Source: Sphaeroforma arctica JP610
Taxonomy: Eukaryota
Length of the DNA stretch: 46,111 nucleotides
Direction: 5' to 3'
Assembly (NCBI RefSeq): GCF_001186125.1
Contig: NW_014040219.1
Coordinates: 39,937-86,047 of the forward strand
A model generated the notes under the pieces. It did no database searches and was not told the origin of the DNA. It saw nothing but the letters and a program-made list of their open reading frames with translations. Shown in pieces: positions 39,793 through 46,111 of the stretch (the stretch's first letter is position 1; each line of letters starts with the position of its first letter). A program made the position numbers and the translations under genes.

Positions 39793-42383
39793 ACATATAT
39801 ATATATATATATAATATAAAATATATAATATATATATATATAATATAACATATAATATATATATATATATATATATGTAACACGCACATACCTGGTAGCT
39901 TCATCCAACAGCATAATGGTGGGATCGCGGATCAGTGCGCGTGCAATGGCGATCCGCTGTTTCTGGCCACCACTCAACTGGGCGCCACGATCACCCACCA
40001 ATGTATCGTAGCCTTGGGGCAATCTGGAGATAAACTTGTGTGCGTTAGCCGCCTTTGCCGAAGCAATGATATCGTCCTGCGTCACCCGTTGGCGCCGGAA
40101 CTTTTGCTCGGTAGTGCTGTTCGGGGTCCAGTTAGGGTTCTGCGTGTATGTGCAGGTGTTGACGTGAGCGTGGGTGGATGAATAGATACGGATTTGCGAA
40201 TGTATGCTTCGAGACAGGCAGGAACATACGTAAACATGTATAAGTATGTATGTATGTATGTATGTATGTGTTTATGTAAATATATAATAACATTGAGCGA
40301 TTGATGTGCGCACGCACATACCAGCACACTACACTGACTCACCTCTTCAATAGCGGCGCCCATGGCAATGTTCTCGCCAATACTCTTCGCGAACAGAGTG
40401 GGCATTTGACTGACGATACCAATCTGTGACCGCAACCACTGAATGTTCAAGTCGCGAATATCCACTCCGTCTACGCTGATCTTGCCCCCGCTAACGTCGT
40501 AGTAACGCTCGAGCAACTGGATGCAGGTACTCTTACCGCAGCCACTGTGACCGACTAAGGCGAGCGTCTTTCCCCTGCAAGTTTGAATGCATATGAGAGC
40601 TACATTATTTAAAAGACCGATAAGCTAGTACGAAGGTTAATTAGGACAATGCAAAATCAAATCGTATGAACGACGGCAAGACATATAACAGATGACTGAT
40701 TGGCATTATTGCACTTACCCATCGATTGAAAAGTTCATTTTGTTGAGAATCTTCTCCTCTCGCGATGCATATTTAAAATCGACATCCTCGAACTTGATGT
40801 TGCCTTTACACGACTTTGGAATTTGACCTGGGGATAAGATAGTTAACAAACATGAATAATCTCCATTTAACATTCAAGTATATGTAATAGTCGATAGATG
40901 CATCGACGAAGGTATTGTTCTGCAGACAATTACTCGAAGATTGAAACGCAAGCCACTTAACTATAGCTCTACGGTGCGCACAGGAGTGTACTTAATTAGA
41001 TGTTTACACCCTCACATAATCAAAGTTGTACTGTGTGCAGATGTGTATTTGCAAATGACTCTACACCCACTTACTTACACTTGTACTATGTGTGTACTTT
41101 TAAATATTTATAAACATACCCTCCGTGCTCATATTGTCAATCTCGGGCTTTCGGTCGATCACATTGAAGATGTACCAAGCAGTGCCCGTGCCCTCGGAGA
41201 AGGCGGTGACTGAAGGGACGGCCTGTCCTATGGCAAACGCACCCATGACCACAGAAAAGAACACAGTACTCACATCACCCACAGACATCTCTCCGTCTAC
41301 GGCCAGCTTGTTTCCGTACCTGAGTTGCAGTGGGATGTGTGATTGAATAGTGACGTCTTTGACGACGCCCGGAAATGCCGTTGATGACGTGTACTTATGG
41401 TTGTGAGACATGCCTTACCTGAGGTGTAGTGTGGCACATAAGCAATGTATTGGGTGACTCTACCATGAGAACACTGCTGACACATGATGTCTATGAACGT
41501 CACTGTGAGAGCTACTATTGGGTATCATAGGCCTAATCCCGTACCTTGCATGTCGTACGACGCACGACTCAATGACTGAGTGGCAAACACTATGTGAGCA
41601 CAACAAACTTGCCATTGCATTACCGTCGCAGTGTCAAAGTCATCTATACGAACTGAAATCGATGAGACTATTTGACAACCTATCGCACGGCACAACCTAT
41701 CTAACATCTATGAGCACAATGCTACAAACAAAAAGAGCCAGAGACGGCTTTGCCCACAGTTTGTCAAAATAAGACATACGTTTGCAGCTCCAGCAAGCCA
41801 CGCTCTGTAGAAAGGAACACACAACCCCGCATCCGTACATACTTTATTAGGTACATGCAAATCGAGCAATGGCATATTATGTATACATATGTTGCAAACG
41901 CAGATACAACCCTGATGTTCAGTTCATTTACACTACACACCACATACCAGAAACCAAGCGCGTATGTCAACATCATGAAGCACATAGTGAAGGCCATGCC
42001 GGCACCCTGCCAGAATCCCTTACGTGTTCCCACTCTCAGCGCCTCTGTTGTGTTAATAAGATGTTACATTGGCAGTAATCGTGAGCTTCGTCACCTCTGC
42101 GTTTTAAGCATTCACATGTAAATTGAACACTCATTTACATTCAATCGTACACGTTCAAGTACAGAGTAATATAACAAAATGTGCGCACACCTTCAAATAC
42201 AAAGGTACTATTCACACACACCTTGAAGAGCTATGCCATATCGCTCCACCTCAACCTTCTGCCCCGAGAAAGCAGTTACCACTCGGATCATATTGATAGC
42301 CTCTTCAGCAACACCACCAGCACGTGCATACGCCACCTGTCCTTCTGTAGCAGCATCAGCCATCATCTTGGCCATGAGAGCGC
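30379..42383 (-). CDS. ABCB1: ABCB1/MDR (P-glycoprotein)-type full ABC transporter, 5'-incomplete; 22 visible exons, about 1,085 aa
   Basis: Exons 42222-42383, 41948-42044, 41120-41319, 40719-40827, 40343-40574, 39892-40139, 37245-37377, 36470-36651, 35888-36017, 35420-35495, 35013-35218, 34597-34713, 34005-34167, 33730-33836, 33451-33586, 33051-33136, 32778-32820, 32273-32446, 31938-32020, 31449-31605, 31083-31213, 30379-30666. NBD1: [41 protein letters not shown]2: [36 protein letters not shown] motifs AGGVAEEA and RQDVGFFD. Confidence 0.92.
33268..33393. repeat. 42-bp intronic tandem repeat, 3 copies
   Basis: gatact(a/g)ctga(c/a)ttctattcgcc(c/t)aatacaa(c/t)agac(t/a)gacca. Confidence 0.85.
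37763..39664 (-). CDS. Two-exon fragment of a Kazal-domain, single-pass type I membrane protein inside an ABCB intron (5' end absent)
   Basis: Exon 39450-39664: [37 protein letters not shown] (Kazal). It splices in phase 1 to exon 37763-38028: GGC, S/T-rich stalk, [30 protein letters not shown], then RRRK stop-transfer. Confidence 0.7.
38925..39457. repeat. 33-bp minisatellite (about 16 copies) built from the Kazal exon 5' splice site
   Basis: Unit agcacataccatagt(t/c)tacacaacagag(a/g)ccta; on the minus strand most units carry TATG|GTATGT. Confidence 0.92.
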
Positions 42384-42440
42384 CTGGCAGTAGGAGTGTA
42401 TGATTGCGTGATCATATTAGTGATCAAGTAAAAGCTTAAC

Positions 42441-42443
42441 TAN

Positions 42444-42475
<32 letters not shown>

Positions 42476-42584
42476 NTACNTATAGTANACACACACACAC
42501 ACCTACGAACTACGACTACGNNNNNNNNNNNNNNNNNNNNTACGTTAGTTAGTTTAGTTTAGTTACGTACGTAGTAGTAGTGTA

Positions 42585-42632
<48 letters not shown>

Positions 42633-42665
42633 CGTGTGTGTGTGTTGTGTGTGTGTGTGTGTGTG

Positions 42666-42709
<44 letters not shown>

Positions 42710-42724
42710 TATAAATATATTATA
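42441..42724. repeat. TA/GT microsatellites around an assembly gap
   Basis: (TA)n, (GT)n and Ns at 42521-42540. Confidence 0.9.
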
Positions 42725-43452
42725 AACACTACAGTTCGACAGCGAAAAGCATGGTGTGGCATACTTTGCAAGGAAGGCATACTATCGCAAGCAGTAGATG
42801 TACAAAGTGTTTAACTAACGTGCGAGGAAACAGACTGCTTGTCTGAGCTCTGGGCTACTGAGTTCAAAGTGCCGCGTGAACAACTGAGCTACCAAGGCAC
42901 CAGCGTCAACAGAATCAACAATCAACAGGATCAACAACGCATATACCAATTCGATCTCTTTCAAGTTTGGATCCTCCATGTTTGGCCTTGAATGTGTTTA
43001 ACCAGTGCCCAAAATATGTTTTAGGAGTTCTGATGATATCTTATGCCAACCTCATCCTTTTTAAACACTCATTACTTGTAGACGGTACACGGCAGGCTAC
43101 ACATGAGAGTCACGACTTTTTAAAAAGACGACTCGCCTCATGGATCACAACTTCACAAGAAGAGCTATTTTTTTTTTAAATATAACAAAATTATGTATGT
43201 GTATGTATATCAGGTTTTTTTAATATAAAAAACATATTTTCGAACATGTCCATTTTTTTCTCTGCTAAATAATATCATATCAGACTGCTATCTCCGCTAT
43301 ATTAAAAAATATCATATCAGACGACAAAAACGGAAATAGTATTGTTTTGAAAAAAATGTTTTTTCCTCTAATATGTATTTAAAAAAATGAAATGTCTGCC
43401 TTCAAATTATACAAAATAAGTATATATTTTTAACAAATATGAATATGTGAAC

Positions 43453-44040
43453 GAATGTCTTAATACGGCACTGGTGACAATAAAATTATTAATCACCTTA
43501 GGACTCAGGCCCAGTTTCCAATCAGTCTCGTACTTATACTTTTTCGAGTTTACTTTGCTTTTTTAAAATATGTAATTAGCGTGATTTTAGCCCATATATT
43601 GCACGTGTTGTATTAGTTCTTTGTCGGCCTCCGAGGAGAGGTCTACGTATGTTAGACACGAATAGTGTCAACTGTAAAACCATGGGCGAATCCAAAGCAA
43701 TAGCTCAGTCAAAGGACGTCTATATACAAGTGTCTATCTGCTAACATATGTCAAGCCCCTAAGACGGACAAGGACCTAACATAAGTTCAACAAATGGGTT
43801 GTATCCGCGCTACAATATCTAACATTTAAGTCGAGCGCTTTCAGCCGACAGATAACAATCAAACCGGCAGAAAACAAACACATCTCACAAGTGCTTAAAA
43901 TCCACGCGAATTACATTAATACACCTATATTTAAGCAAATTTAACTCGAAAAAGTGCAAGTATGAGACTGGTAGGAAGCTGGGGCTGAGTCCTGAGGTGG
44001 TTAATAGTTTTACTGTCACCAGGGCCGTATGAAGACATTC
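43453..44040. mobile_element. Foldback/MITE-like element with long imperfect inverted repeats
   Basis: gaatgtcttaatacggcactggtgaca...ggactcaggcccagtttcc...ttcgagttt (from 43453) is the reverse complement of aactcgaaaaag...ggaagctggggctgagtcct...tgtcaccagggccgtatgaagacattc (to 44040). No ORF inside. Confidence 0.6.
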
Positions 44041-46111
44041 CTGTTTGCTTGTTTTTTATAGAAAACAAAAAAAATTACTTCAATGAAACACACCATTGAT
44101 CATATTAAACTCTGGTAGATATCTAAATACATGAGTGTATAAAATATCTGTATTTATTACTCAAATAGCCTTCTAAATTATATATTTGTTTTTTTTATAT
44201 TTACAAAGTTGTTCAATTTTCAGAAGGCTATGAGCCTATGACAATTGGCAAAGCCCTTTAAATTTTTAAATTTTACATTTTTGTACAGTACGTTTAAAAA
44301 AACCCCTATATACATAATTGTTTTTTTGTTTTTATGTTTTTGTTTTGTTTCTATATTTTTGAAAGTGACAAAAGTCAAAGTCATCAGAAGTCTGTATCTA
44401 TTTGTTTCAATTTAGAAGGCGTTCAGACTCACTACAGAGGGGTAAATAGGGGTGGGGGACTGGGGGTCTGGGGCCCAGGGGGTGGCCTTGTAGGGGAGCT
44501 CTGCCACTGGGATGTGGGCTCACTGCTAGGGTGGGATGTGGCCTGTGGCCTGTGGCTGTGGGTCCCGCTAGAGCAAAGTACTGTGTAGAGGGTCTATTTT
44601 ATTTATTTTAAATTTACCTAATGCTATGCCATATGCCGTATGGCTACTGGCTAAGCTCAATGCGTAACGATATGTAAATAGGACTCATATGTCATAATTG
44701 ATGAGCACTGCTCATTCACGAATCACACGGCCATATTTTATTTCTTCTCTACTAGGGAGTCATGCAAATCAGTCACAGTCACAGAATACAGACATTAGAT
44801 GGCCAATCACAGCATCACTGGCCTCCTTCCTATCTGTTGAAATGATGACTCAACACTCATGGGAGCTATAAATTTATATTTATAGGCCCATAGCCAAGTT
44901 TTTCACGAGAGTCACCAACATAAGGGTCTCGAATTATCCAACTCAGAATTTCAGAAACAGGAAACTCTCCAACACGACGAGAGAAGAGTCCAAACTGAAA
45001 ACTCAGTGTCTCGTCCACACAACAACAGGAGAGAGAGAGAGAGAGAAGTCAGAAGAGTCGAAGACTGGTTTCAAGTTTCAACTTTCAACACCTCTGAGTA
45101 TCTGAGATTCTGAGTCTCGAGTCTCTGATACTGATAAATTACACATTAACCATTCCCTCTCTTGGAAGAATATTTTTATATTTACTACCAATTGAAAGAG
45201 GATATTATTTAATACAAAAGCGTCGGTACCTTGAAGTAGCTAATAAATCGGCTTCATTTTGGGTTTTTTATTAATTTTATTATTATCCACAAATCACGTT
45301 GAAACTAAGATAACTAGTTATTACTTCCAACGAGAAAATGTCTTTAAAAAATGCTTCAACTTATCTTCCCTACACGTCGATTGGTTGATATGTTTGATCC
45401 CGGGTTAATCGTACAATCCCCTTCGGAAAAGGTTCTTAGGTCATTTGTATGGGAGTAAAAAATCAAGAAAGGGGCTTTTTTAAATTTCTGTATTTTTGTT
45501 TGATTGAGATTTGAGAAGGCTATGGTTTTCTGTAGAAAAATGTAAATACATAAGGCTCAATCACCAATAGTCTGGCGGCTGGCGGCTGGCGACTGGCATC
45601 TAGAGCAACTCATAAATAAGTGTTGAGAGCCAGAACGGACTCCGCTGTGACCATAATATGTTTATATGCAAATAGCCCTCCGTGTTCTCACTGCCGCCTT
45701 CATAGCTATAACTATTCAAATATCGGTCACAATATCACAAATTTTGCATGTATGCGAGCGGCGCATCTAAGAATATTCGTAAGTAAAAATGTAGAGCGCT
45801 CTGTATCGTACACCAAATAGAATCCATGTCAAACGAAAACAACAATATCTCAGCGTTCTACAAACATTTCTTTATTGTGAGTTTAGCCTCTTTTCACATC
45901 AGCAATCAGCAAATTCCAATCAAATGCGATTGTGAAACCTGTTCGCCGGTACCACCTGAACTGTAGTTGTGACGCATGTCTCATTCTACAGTCCTTTGTT
46001 GAAGTGCAGGGAATTTAACCCTCGATATTGTAAAATTAAAGGTTGCTAACAATACCAATTGTATATACTCTTGTTTGCCTATATATATACTTCAATACAC
46101 ACACACACACA

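Overview
This is intron-dense eukaryotic genomic DNA with GT-AG introns, long (TA)n tracts and three N-gaps. Its style resembles a unicellular opisthokont such as an ichthyosporean; that is an inference, not verified. Hand-splicing gives five genes and one orphan gene fragment. (1) A 16-exon minus-strand MIC60/mitofilin gene (930-13152, about 1,200 aa) carries a roughly 650-aa insert, mostly LEA-like repeats, between its TM anchor and its coiled-coil/mitofilin domain. (2) An 11-13 exon minus-strand pullulanase-type alpha-1,6-glucosidase (GH13, limit-dextrinase-like) spans 15481-24089 or 25326. (3) An intronless stand-alone MetH-type homocysteine S-methyltransferase domain lies at 25692-26567 (+). 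(4) An intronless queuosine-salvage DUF2419/QNG1-family gene lies at 27538-28623 (-). (5) A 5'-incomplete ABCB1/MDR-type ABC transporter has 22 visible exons (30379-42383, -). (6) A two-exon Kazal-domain plus single-TM fragment sits on the same strand inside the ABC NBD1 intron, bracketed by TA tracts. Also present are a degenerate copia-gag-like relic, a foldback inverted-repeat element, two GAGTC/GACTC-rich tracts, and many tandem repeats seeded from exon ends or splice sites.
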